A DNA stretch of 38,560 bases. It comes from Gemmatimonadaceae bacterium (GTDB taxonomy: Bacteria; Gemmatimonadota; Gemmatimonadetes; Gemmatimonadales; Gemmatimonadaceae). The notes under the pieces are model-generated. The model did no database searches. It was given only the letters and a program-made list of their open reading frames with translations, and was not told the DNA's origin. Both the position numbers and the translations under genes were made by a program. Each line of letters opens with the position of its first letter. Position 1 is the first letter of the stretch. Positions 1 to 8,109 of the stretch are shown here, piece by piece. Location of the stretch: NCBI GenBank assembly GCA_040902005.1, contig JBBDYA010000033.1:1-38560 (forward strand), written 5' to 3'.

Positions 1-53
1 AGAGCACAACCTTGCCAAGGTTGGGGTCGCGGGTTCGAGTCCCGTTTCCCGCT
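1..53 (+). tRNA. tRNA-Gly(GCC), 5' end outside window; CCA not encoded
   Basis: Anticodon arm CAACC-TT-GCC-AA-GGTTG (anticodon 14-16), T arm GCGGG-TTCGAGT-CCCGT, 3' acceptor strand TTCCCGC plus discriminator T. Confidence 0.95.
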
Positions 54-77
54 CTGTGTTTGGAGTGCATCTGATGT

Positions 78-120
78 GCGGCGGGGTGGCGGCGTGGCCG
101 CGATCCCGCCGTTTGCTTTT
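78..120 (+). terminator. Probable intrinsic terminator after tRNA-Gly
   Basis: GC-rich hairpin GCGGCGGGG-TGGCGGC-GTG-GCCGCGA-TCCCGCCGT followed by TTGCTTTT. Confidence 0.6.
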
Positions 121-179
121 CCCCTGTGACGCATGGCGCGTGGCTTCTGTCCTGTTAGCGGGCCCGTCGGATTGAGACG

Positions 180-263
180 GCCGGGATGGCGAAAGTGGTA
201 GACGCAAGGGACTTAAAATCCCTTGGGGGCAACCCCATCCGGGTTCGAGTCCCGGTCCCGGCA
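180..263 (+). tRNA. tRNA-Leu(TAA); CCA not encoded
   Basis: Acceptor GCCGGGA/TCCCGGC plus discriminator A, D arm with GGTAGAC, anticodon arm AGGGA-CT-TAA-AA-TCCCT, long variable arm GGGG-GCAA-CCCC, T arm CCGGG-TTCGAGT-CCCGG. Confidence 0.96.
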
Positions 264-392
264 TCACCCCGCATTCGTGCCGCGATACTGGTCATCTTCG
301 CGAATGCGATCGGACTCATCCTGTTCCTCCAGGGACGCACCGAACGGCTGCTCCGTGCGCTGTTCGATCCACAACACCCGGACTGGACGGGA

Positions 393-2195
393 ATGGAGCG
401 GGCGTACACCGGCTTCACCTGGTACGCCGTTTCGCTCTTCGCGGTGCTGGCGGTTGGCGCGCTCATGCTGCTCCGGTGGGGGATGAGGCGCGGTCGTCGT
501 TCGACGCCCACCACGCCGCCGCGCCGCTGGGCGACCATCGCCTCGACCGCGGCGTTCGCCGTCGCCATTACCTCGGCGGTGGTCGTGGTCTTCATCGAAG
601 TCCTGATCTTTCAGGATTACGGCATCCACTTCTACGAATTCGACGTCGCGGGGATCCTCGCGGACGCCGCGCTGCGCCGCGACCTGGGCATCCAGCCCGC
701 CGAGGTCGCCCGGGTGACCTTCGCCGCGATCGGACTGCTCATGGGCCAACTGCTGCTCTGGGCCGCCGCCGCGCGCCTCGCGGCCTGGAGGAACGGCGCT
801 CTGCCACGGGCCTGTGGCGCGGTCATGTTGATCGGCGTCCCCGGCGGGCTCGCGGCCTTCCACGTGAGCGAGGACACGATTGGCGTCGCGCGCGCGGAGT
901 TCGTGGGCGCCCTTCCGCTCGGCCGCCAGCTGCTGTTCCGCACGGCGTCCGGTCCGCACGTACTGGTGGATCCCCGCCTGGGCTCCGGCGGCTATCCGGT
1001 GCTCGTGGCGGATGCGTCCGCGCCGCGGCTCGCCACGACGCCGAACATCGTCTTTTTCGTGCCGGACGGATTGCGCGCCGACATGATCAGGGAAGAGCTG
1101 ACACCCCACATCCTGGACTTCGCCGCCCGACCGGAAGTCATTCATTCGCGGCGCCACTTCAGCACCGGGCACGTCTCGGAAGCGGGCATTTTCGGTTTGC
1201 TGTACTCGCTGAACGGCCATGCCTTCAATGCGTTCATCGGCGCGCGCGTGCCGGCATACCCCATCGAACTTCTGAAACGAAACGGCTACCACACCTACTT
1301 CCTGTCCAGCTCGCGGCTGAATCCGTACCCCACCGACCAGCTCATCCGGACCTTCGACGAAGTCTCGTACCCGACGGACGACGACGAGGCGATCGAGCAC
1401 CTCACGCGCTTTGTCGCGGCCCGGCGTGCCGATGGCAAGCCGTACTTCGTGCTCGCGTTCTTCTACACGCCACACTTCCCGTTCACGTCCGCGAAGCCGC
1501 ACCTGCGCCGCTATCCGTCCGTCGGCTCCAAGGCGCGCACGAACTACATGAATGACGTCATCCAGACCGACGACTACTTCCGGCAGACCTTCGAGCTGGT
1601 ACGCCGCGACTACGAGCAGGGTCGCACCCTCCTGCTGGTCACCTCGGATCACGGAGAGGAGCTTCGCGAACACGGCAGCTTCGGCCATGCATCGCCCACG
1701 TTCTGGAACGAGAAGATCCAGGTGCCGTTCGCCCTCGGCCTCCCAGGGGCACGGCCATCCCTGGAGGCTCGCCGGCCGCGCAACACCACACACGTGGACG
1801 CATGGCCCACGATCTTCGCGCATCTGGGAGTGACGCCCGCTGCCCTCGCGGAGACGTACTCGGACGGCCGCTCACTGCTGTCGACGAACGCATCCCCCCC
1901 CCCTCCGCCGTTCGTGGCTGGCCGGTTCTTTCCGTATGCCGACCGGCCCAGTGTCCTCGTGGACGAGGAGCGCAAATACTGGTTTCGTGTCGAGCGCGCG
2001 GGAGCGGGCGGCCAGCTGTGCATCGAAATCACGCGGGTGACAGACCTTCTCGATGCGCCGGTCGTCCTCGGGCCCGGCGCCCTCGATGTCTCCCGCATCC
2101 CGGCGTTCGCGGACTTTCAGCGGACCTTCTGGCGATTCCTCAGTCCGGCGGGCCCGCAAACTGCACCGTGCTCGACTGAACCGGCCCATAGCTAA
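393..2195 (+). CDS. Membrane-anchored sulfatase/alkaline-phosphatase-superfamily protein, YejM(PbgA/LapC)/LtaS-like; true start uncertain, coding probably extends to about 273
   Basis: N-terminal TM helices, then PNIVFFVPDGLRAD, HFSTGHVSEAGIFGLLY (cf. YejM HMSSGNTTDNGIFGLFY), TSDHGEE..GH, QVPF, THVDAWPT. 393 is the first ATG/GTG/TTG in frame outside the tRNA. Confidence 0.85.
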   Translation: MERAYTGFTWYAVSLFAVLAVGALMLLRWGMRRGRRSTPTTPPRRWATIASTAAFAVAITSAVVVVFIEVLIFQDYGIHFYEFDVAGILADAALRRDLGIQPAEVARVTFAAIGLLMGQLLLWAAAARLAAWRNGALPRACGAVMLIGVPGGLAAFHVSEDTIGVARAEFVGALPLGRQLLFRTASGPHVLVDPRLGSGGYPVLVADASAPRLATTPNIVFFVPDGLRADMIREELTPHILDFAARPEVIHSRRHFSTGHVSEAGIFGLLYSLNGHAFNAFIGARVPAYPIELLKRNGYHTYFLSSSRLNPYPTDQLIRTFDEVSYPTDDDEAIEHLTRFVAARRADGKPYFVLAFFYTPHFPFTSAKPHLRRYPSVGSKARTNYMNDVIQTDDYFRQTFELVRRDYEQGRTLLLVTSDHGEELREHGSFGHASPTFWNEKIQVPFALGLPGARPSLEARRPRNTTHVDAWPTIFAHLGVTPAALAETYSDGRSLLSTNASPPPPPFVAGRFFPYADRPSVLVDEERKYWFRVERAGAGGQLCIEITRVTDLLDAPVVLGPGALDVSRIPAFADFQRTFWRFLSPAGPQTAPCSTEPAHS

Positions 2196-2198
2196 CTT
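2193..2198 (+). promoter_or_regulatory. Putative -10 hexamer (TAACTT) for a leaderless dap operon transcript
   Basis: TAnnnT hexamer 7 nt before ATG 2206; no Shine-Dalgarno. Confidence 0.5.
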
Positions 2199-2205
2199 TT
2201 CGCCC

Positions 2206-3201
2206 ATGACAGACGTCGTCGCGCTCGCCGCGGAACTGCTCGCGCTCGATTCCTCCACGGGAAGCGAGGGGGACGCCGTGGAGTTCGTTTCGCGCTGGCT
2301 CCTCGCCCGCGGCTGGAACGTGGAGCTGCAGGAAGTGAGCAAGGGACGCGCGAACGTGTGGGCAACGCGCAAGGGCAAGGGCGTCACGATGTCCACCCAT
2401 CTCGACACCGTGCCACCGTTCATTCCGCCCCGCGAGGAGGATGGGCGCTTGTATGGCCGCGGTGCCTGCGACGCGAAGGGAATCGCCGCCGCCATGCTGG
2501 CCGCCGCGGACCGCCTCGCCAAGAGCGGCGAGCAGCGCGTCGACCTCCTCTTTCTCGTAGGCGAAGAGCTGGGATCGGATGGCGCGCGCGCGGCCAACCG
2601 CCTTTCTCCCACCAGCAAGTTCCTGGTCAACGGCGAGCCCACCGAGAGCAAGCTCGCCAGCGGCGCAAAGGGCTCGCTGCGTGCCACGCTTCGCTTCCGC
2701 GGCCGTGCCGCGCATTCGGCATACCCCGAGCTCGGAAAGTCCGCGGTCGCGCCCATGCTGGAACTGCTCCCCACGATCGACCGTCTCGAACTCCCCAGCG
2801 ATCCGGTTCTTGGAGCGACCACCGTGAACATCGGGATCATTCGCGCGGGCACAGCGGGGAACATCATTCCGGACCTCGCAGAGGTGGAGCTGATGTTCCG
2901 GCTGGTGGGTGACGTGAAGCCCGTGAAGAAGGCGATCGAGAAATGGGTGGGCTCCAGGGCGGAGCTGGAGTACGGATCGCACATTCCGGCGCAGAGATTC
3001 GAGACCATTTCCGGATTCGACGCCCAGCCGGTGGCCTACACCTCCGACATTCCGCTGCTCACGAAGTGGGGCAAGCCGCTCATGTTCGGACCGGGCTCCA
3101 TCCACGTCGCGCACACCCCGGACGAGTTCGTCGCGCTCGATGAGTTACGGGGGGCGGTGGATGCGTACGAGCGCATCGTCCGCGCGTTGCTGAAGTCGTG
3201 A
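2206..3201 (+). CDS. M20 family metallo-hydrolase (ArgE/DapE-like), probable desuccinylase/deacylase of the DAP pathway
   Basis: Motifs THLDTVPP, GRGACDAKG, VGEE, GEPT, AHTPDE; first gene of the coupled dap operon. Confidence 0.88.
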   Translation: MTDVVALAAELLALDSSTGSEGDAVEFVSRWLLARGWNVELQEVSKGRANVWATRKGKGVTMSTHLDTVPPFIPPREEDGRLYGRGACDAKGIAAAMLAAADRLAKSGEQRVDLLFLVGEELGSDGARAANRLSPTSKFLVNGEPTESKLASGAKGSLRATLRFRGRAAHSAYPELGKSAVAPMLELLPTIDRLELPSDPVLGATTVNIGIIRAGTAGNIIPDLAEVELMFRLVGDVKPVKKAIEKWVGSRAELEYGSHIPAQRFETISGFDAQPVAYTSDIPLLTKWGKPLMFGPGSIHVAHTPDEFVALDELRGAVDAYERIVRALLKS

Positions 3202-4280
3202 TGCGCGACGCTCCCTTCGGTGCGGCGCGCCTGCCTGTGGCGGTGCTCGGCGCCACCGGCGCAGTGGGACAGTCCTTCGTGCGGCTGCTGGCGCGCCATC
3301 CGTGGTTTGAACTCACGGAGGTGGCGGCGTCCGAACGCTCCGCGGGTCGCTCCTACGCCGACGCAGTGCGCTGGATAGGGGACGATGCGATTCCCGACGC
3401 GGTGGCGGGGCTCACGGTGAGGGCCTGCGATCCCTCGGAGATTTCGTCGCCAGTGGTGTTTTCCGCGCTCGACTCCAGCGTGGCCGGCGACGTCGAGGCG
3501 GCGTTCGCGCGTGCCGGGCGTCACGTCCTGAGCAACGCGAGGAACTATCGGATGGAGCCAGACGTGCCCCTGGTGATCGCTGAAGTCAACCCGGAGCATC
3601 TCCTGATCCTCGAGGCGCAGCGCGCGAAGCGGAAATGGACGGGGAGCATCGTGACGAACGGCAACTGCGCGGCGATCGTCGCGGTCATGGCGCTCGCGCC
3701 TCTTCAGGAGCGGTTCGGGGTGAAGCGGGTGTTTCTCGCCACGATGCAGGCGGTGTCCGGCGCGGGCTATCCGGGCGTCCCCTCGCTCGACATCCTTGGC
3801 AACGTCATCCCGTACATCATGGATGAGGAGCCCAAGGTCGAAGCCGAGCTGCGCAAGTTCCTGGGCACCCGGCTGGCCGATCGCATTCAGGACGCACCGC
3901 TCGTGGCCAGCGCGCACACCAGTCGCGTGCCCGTGGAGCATGGACACACCATCGTCATGTCCATCGAACTGGATCGCAAGGCGCCCATCGCCGACGTGGA
4001 GCGTGCGCTGTCTGAATGGCGCGGTTCGCCCGATGCCGCGGGGTTGCCGAGCGCTCCGGACAAGCCGCTGGTGGTTACGCAGGAGGCGGATCGCCCGCAG
4101 CCGCGCCGTGACGTGAATGCGGGGCAGGGCATGACCGTGACCGTCGGGCGCGTGCGACCGGACACCCTGCTGGACGTGAAGCTCGTGGTCATGGGACACA
4201 ACATCATCCGCGGCGCGGCCGGCGCATCGGTGCTGAACGCCGAGCTCATGGCTTCCACCGGACGCATCAGGCAACCGTGA
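3198..4280 (+). CDS. asd: Aspartate-semialdehyde dehydrogenase (archaeal/fungal-like subfamily)
   Basis: VLGATGAVGQ, HPWFEL, ASERSAG, NGNC (catalytic Cys), QAVSGAG, HNIIRGAAG. Alternative start ATG 3201. Confidence 0.96.
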   Translation: MMRDAPFGAARLPVAVLGATGAVGQSFVRLLARHPWFELTEVAASERSAGRSYADAVRWIGDDAIPDAVAGLTVRACDPSEISSPVVFSALDSSVAGDVEAAFARAGRHVLSNARNYRMEPDVPLVIAEVNPEHLLILEAQRAKRKWTGSIVTNGNCAAIVAVMALAPLQERFGVKRVFLATMQAVSGAGYPGVPSLDILGNVIPYIMDEEPKVEAELRKFLGTRLADRIQDAPLVASAHTSRVPVEHGHTIVMSIELDRKAPIADVERALSEWRGSPDAAGLPSAPDKPLVVTQEADRPQPRRDVNAGQGMTVTVGRVRPDTLLDVKLVVMGHNIIRGAAGASVLNAELMASTGRIRQP

Positions 4281-5641
4281 TCGTCTGCAAGTTCGGCGGG
4301 ACCTCGGTGGGCGACGCCGAAGCGATTCGGCGCACGGCCGGTATCGTCCAGAGCCGCCTGGATCGCCAACCGATCGTGGTCGTCTCCGCCCTGGGCGGGG
4401 CCACCAACACGCTGCTCGCGCTCGCGGAGCAGGCGTCCCGCGGTCAGCTGATCGGCGCGCTGCGCGCCGTGGAGGGGCTGCGCGAGCGGCACCTGCGAGA
4501 GACGTCTGCCCTGCTGGGCACGGGAGACGAGGGCGCGGACATCGGCGCGGAGCTCAGCGGCATCTGCGACGAACTCGCCAGCCTCGCGGAGGCGTTGTCG
4601 GTGCTGGGTCACATGACGCCACGCAGCCTGGATGCGGTCGCGTCCTTCGGCGAGCAGCTGTCGTCGATCATGTGTGCCACCGCCTTTTCCAAGCTGGGTA
4701 TCCCCGCCGAGCACGTGGACGCGCGCCGAATCATGATCACCGACGACCAGTTCACGCGGGCGGAGCCGCAACCGGACGCGATCGCGGATGCAGCGCGGCA
4801 GATCCTGCTGCCGATCATGCGCGAAGGACGCGTTCCGGTGCTCGGCGGGTACATCGGCTCGACATCCGCCGGCGGCATCACCACCACGCTCGGCCGCGGC
4901 GGATCAGACTACAGCGCGTCGCTCCTCGGGGCGGCACTCAAGGCGGACTGCATCGAGATCTGGACGGACGTGGACGGTCTGCTCACGGCGGATCCGCGCG
5001 TGGTGCCCGGGTCGCGCACCATCGAACAGGTGGGGTTCGAGGAAGCGTCGGAGCTGGCGTCCTTCGGAGCCAAGGTCCTGCACCCCTACACCATTGCGCC
5101 CGCGGTGCGGATCGGCATTCCCGTGTGCGTGCTGAATTCGCGCAATCCGGAGGGCCGCGGCACGCTCATCACCTTCGACGCGCCCAAGCGTCCAGTGACC
5201 GCGATCGCGGGCAAGAGCGACGTGACGCTCGTGAAGGTGCGCTCCCCGCGGATGCTGCTCACGGAGGGGTTTCTGCGCGAACTGTTCGCGGTCTTCGAGC
5301 GTCACAAGACGTCCGTCGACGTGGTGGCTACCTCCGAAGTGTCGGTTTCCGTGACGGTGGACGACGCGAGCCGCCTGGAAGAGCTGCTCGTGGACCTCCG
5401 CCAGCTGGGGGATGTCGCCATCGAGCGGAATCGGGGGATCGTGGCGCTCGTGGGCGCGTCGCTGAGCGATCACAGCGAAGCGATGTCCCGCGCCCTCCAC
5501 GCCATTGGCGACACTCGCATCCAGATGCTCTCGCTCAGCGCGACGGGAATCAATCTCACGATCGTCGTGGACGGAGACGAGGTCAACGCGCTGATGCAGC
5601 GGTTGCACGCCGAGTTCTTCGAGGGGGGGGGCGGGGCATGA
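4277..5641 (+). CDS. lysC: Aspartokinase (lysine-sensitive AKIII-like)
   Basis: KFGGTSV, TTLGRGGSDYSA, IWTDVDG..ADPR, FGAKVLHP, C-terminal ACT domains. Confidence 0.96.
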   Translation: MIVCKFGGTSVGDAEAIRRTAGIVQSRLDRQPIVVVSALGGATNTLLALAEQASRGQLIGALRAVEGLRERHLRETSALLGTGDEGADIGAELSGICDELASLAEALSVLGHMTPRSLDAVASFGEQLSSIMCATAFSKLGIPAEHVDARRIMITDDQFTRAEPQPDAIADAARQILLPIMREGRVPVLGGYIGSTSAGGITTTLGRGGSDYSASLLGAALKADCIEIWTDVDGLLTADPRVVPGSRTIEQVGFEEASELASFGAKVLHPYTIAPAVRIGIPVCVLNSRNPEGRGTLITFDAPKRPVTAIAGKSDVTLVKVRSPRMLLTEGFLRELFAVFERHKTSVDVVATSEVSVSVTVDDASRLEELLVDLRQLGDVAIERNRGIVALVGASLSDHSEAMSRALHAIGDTRIQMLSLSATGINLTIVVDGDEVNALMQRLHAEFFEGGGGA

Positions 5642-6327
5642 CGCGCATTGCGATCATTGGACTGGGCAAGATGGGCCGCACGATCGAGCAGCTGGCGACG
5701 GATCGCGGCCTGGAGGTCGTGAGCCGCATCGATCCCCACGGGGGCGACGCACCGGCGGTGACCACGGCCGCGCTGCGCGGCGCGGAGGTCGCGATCGAGT
5801 TCTCCACGCCGGCGTCGGCGCCCGCGAACATCGCCGCCGCGCTCGACGCCGGATGCCCCGTCGTCGTCGGCACGACGGGTTGGTACGAGAGGCGCCCCGA
5901 GATCGAGCAACTCGCGCGGGACCGGAAGGGCGCGTTGCTCATCGCGCCGAACTTCTCGGTGGGCGTGGCGGCCTTCGCCGAGATCGTGAAGGCGGCCGCG
6001 CGCGCGCTCCGAGCGGCGCCGGGATTCGACGCGCATCTGATCGAGACCCATCACGCCGCAAAAAAGGATGCGCCATCGGGCACGGCGGCCAGTCTGCGGC
6101 AGCTCGCGGCCTCGGAGTGGGGCAGGGACATTCCCATCACGAGCGTGCGAACCGGAGCCGTGCCCGGAACACACGAGTTTCTCTTTGATGGCTCCTTCGA
6201 GCAGATTCGAATCGAGCATGTCGCGCGCGATCGCCGGGTGTTTGCGGACGGCGCGCTGCTCGCGGCACAGTGGCTCATCGGCAGGCGCGGAATCTTCAGC
6301 ATGACGGACGTCCTTGGCGGGCCGTGA
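5638..6327 (+). CDS. dapB: 4-hydroxy-tetrahydrodipicolinate reductase
   Basis: GLGKMG, VVGTTG, APNFSVG, ETHHAAKKDAPSGTA; ATGA overlap with lysC. Confidence 0.95.
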   Translation: MTRIAIIGLGKMGRTIEQLATDRGLEVVSRIDPHGGDAPAVTTAALRGAEVAIEFSTPASAPANIAAALDAGCPVVVGTTGWYERRPEIEQLARDRKGALLIAPNFSVGVAAFAEIVKAAARALRAAPGFDAHLIETHHAAKKDAPSGTAASLRQLAASEWGRDIPITSVRTGAVPGTHEFLFDGSFEQIRIEHVARDRRVFADGALLAAQWLIGRRGIFSMTDVLGGP

Positions 6328-6367
6328 TGCGCGGGCGTGACGCGCCGCGAACCAGGCGGTGACTGAC

Positions 6368-7255
6368 ATGGCAGACAGACTGAAGGGATGCGGCACGGCG
6401 CTCGTGACGCCGTTTACCGGGGACGGTGCCATCGACGAGCCGGCGCTCCGCAAGCTCGTGGACTGGCAGATCGCCGAAGGCATCCACTACCTGGTGCCAT
6501 GCGGCTCGACGGGTGAGGCCGTGACACTGACGCCGCAGGAGCATCGGCGCGTGGTGGAGATCACCGTGGAGCAGGCGAAGGGGCGCGTCCCGGTCGTCGC
6601 CGGCGCCGGCTCGAACGACACCGCGAAGGCCGTTGCGTTCTCGAAGGACATGAAGGCGGCGGGCGCCACGCACCTGCTGCACGTGTCGCCGATGTACAAC
6701 AAGCCGCCGCAGCGCGGTATCATCGAACACTTCAGGCGCATCGCCGACGCCACCGACCTGCCGATCGTGGTCTACAACGTTCCGGGACGCACGGGAAGCA
6801 ACATCGAAGCGAAGACGACGCTCGCGCTGGCGGCCGTACCCCATGTGGTCGCGGTCAAGGAAGCATCCGGTAACCTGGGCCAGATCACGGATGTGCTGCG
6901 CGACCGGCCGGATCACTTCGCGGTGCTGTCCGGCGACGACGAAATGACGCTCGCGGTCATGGCGGCCGGTGGCGACGGCGTGATTTCCGTGGTGTCCAAC
7001 GCCACGCCCCGCGGCATGGCCCAGCTCTGCGAGGTCGCCGCGGCCGGCGACTTCAGCGCCGCGAGAGCGCTGCACATGCGCCTGCTTCCCTGGATGCGCG
7101 CGGCATTCGTCGAGTCGAATCCGATTCCGGTGAAAGCGGCTATGGCCATGCTGGGCAGGATGGAGAACCGCCTCCGCCTGCCGCTTGTTCCACTCGCGGA
7201 TGCGCACGCGGGAGCGGTCCGCGAGGCGCTTCGCGCGGCTGGGGCGCTGACGTGA
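6368..7255 (+). CDS. dapA: 4-hydroxy-tetrahydrodipicolinate synthase
   Basis: ALVTPF, GSTGE, YNVPGRT, VKEASG, ESNPIPVK; GGTGA SD-like sequence before ATG 6368 (alternative GTG 6359). Confidence 0.96.
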   Translation: MADRLKGCGTALVTPFTGDGAIDEPALRKLVDWQIAEGIHYLVPCGSTGEAVTLTPQEHRRVVEITVEQAKGRVPVVAGAGSNDTAKAVAFSKDMKAAGATHLLHVSPMYNKPPQRGIIEHFRRIADATDLPIVVYNVPGRTGSNIEAKTTLALAAVPHVVAVKEASGNLGQITDVLRDRPDHFAVLSGDDEMTLAVMAAGGDGVISVVSNATPRGMAQLCEVAAAGDFSAARALHMRLLPWMRAAFVESNPIPVKAAMAMLGRMENRLRLPLVPLADAHAGAVREALRAAGALT

Positions 7256-8109
7256 CGCTCGAGCAGCGTATCGACGAGCTCAGTGCCGAGCGCGATCCGG
7301 CGACGCTGGGAAAGGACGCGGAGCTCGTCGTCCAGGAGCTGCTCGATGCGCTCGAGACCGGCGATGTGCGGTCCGCCGTCCGGGGAAGCGACGGCGTGTG
7401 GCAGGCGGTGCCCTGGGTGAAGCGCGGCATTCTGCTTGGATTTCGCATGGGACGCCTGGTGGACATGTCGCTGCCGGATGCCCGGCTGACGCCTCCCATC
7501 CGGTTCAGCTTCGTGGACAAGCACCTCTTTCCACCGCGCGATCTGGACGTCAACGATGGGGTCCGGGTCGTGCCCGGCGGCTCGATGGTGCGCCGCGGCG
7601 CGTATGTCGCGAAGGGCGTCGTCTGCATGCCGCCCATGTACGTCAACGTCGGCGCGTACGTGGGTGCCGGCACCATGATCGACTCGCACGCGCTGGTCGG
7701 CTCGTGCGCCCAGATTGGCGAACGCGTGCACCTGAGCGCCGCGGCGCAGATCGGTGGCGTGCTCGAACCGGTGAACGCCAGTCCTGTCGTCATCGAGGAC
7801 GATGTCCTTGTGGGCGGCAACTGTGGCGTCTACGAGGGCACGGTCGTGCGCCGGAAGGCGGTGCTGGCCGCGGGCGTGGTGCTCACGCGCGGCACCCCCG
7901 TGTTCGACCTGGAGAACCAGCGCGTCATCAGGGGCAGCGGCGACGCTCCCCTGGAGATTCCGGAAGGCGCGGTCGTTGTGCCCGGCGCGCGCGCGGTCAC
8001 GTCTGCCTGGGGCGCGGGTCAGGGCGTTTCTCTGCAAACGCCGGTGATCGTCAAGTATCGGGACGAAAAGACTGACCTCGCGACCGCCCTCGAGGCATGG
8101 CTCCGCTGA
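7252..8109 (+). CDS. dapD: Tetrahydrodipicolinate N-succinyltransferase
   Basis: WVKRGILLGFR, RVVPG, YVNVGAYV, VGSCAQIG, IGGVLEP hexapeptide repeats. Confidence 0.95.
   Translation: MTLEQRIDELSAERDPATLGKDAELVVQELLDALETGDVRSAVRGSDGVWQAVPWVKRGILLGFRMGRLVDMSLPDARLTPPIRFSFVDKHLFPPRDLDVNDGVRVVPGGSMVRRGAYVAKGVVCMPPMYVNVGAYVGAGTMIDSHALVGSCAQIGERVHLSAAAQIGGVLEPVNASPVVIEDDVLVGGNCGVYEGTVVRRKAVLAAGVVLTRGTPVFDLENQRVIRGSGDAPLEIPEGAVVVPGARAVTSAWGAGQGVSLQTPVIVKYRDEKTDLATALEAWLR

Noticed and set aside
54..179. Possible tRNA-Cys between tRNA-Gly and tRNA-Leu (as in glyW-cysT-leuZ)
   Set aside because: No T-loop (GTTCRA) or cloverleaf; only a terminator-like hairpin.
264..2205. Integrative element inserted at the tRNA-Leu 3' end
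   Set aside because: No integrase, no duplicated tRNA 3' end (att) seen downstream, and no obvious compositional shift.
2100..4276. Lysine riboswitch upstream of the dap genes or lysC
   Set aside because: No non-coding space: junctions are 10 bp or overlapping.
4672..5637. Long 5' extensions of the ORF-track calls for dapB, pccB (18834), rlmD (25232), dxr (32282) and the phosphatase (15644)
   Set aside because: Alternative-frame read-through of the upstream gene; family homology begins at the overlapping or nearby downstream starts.
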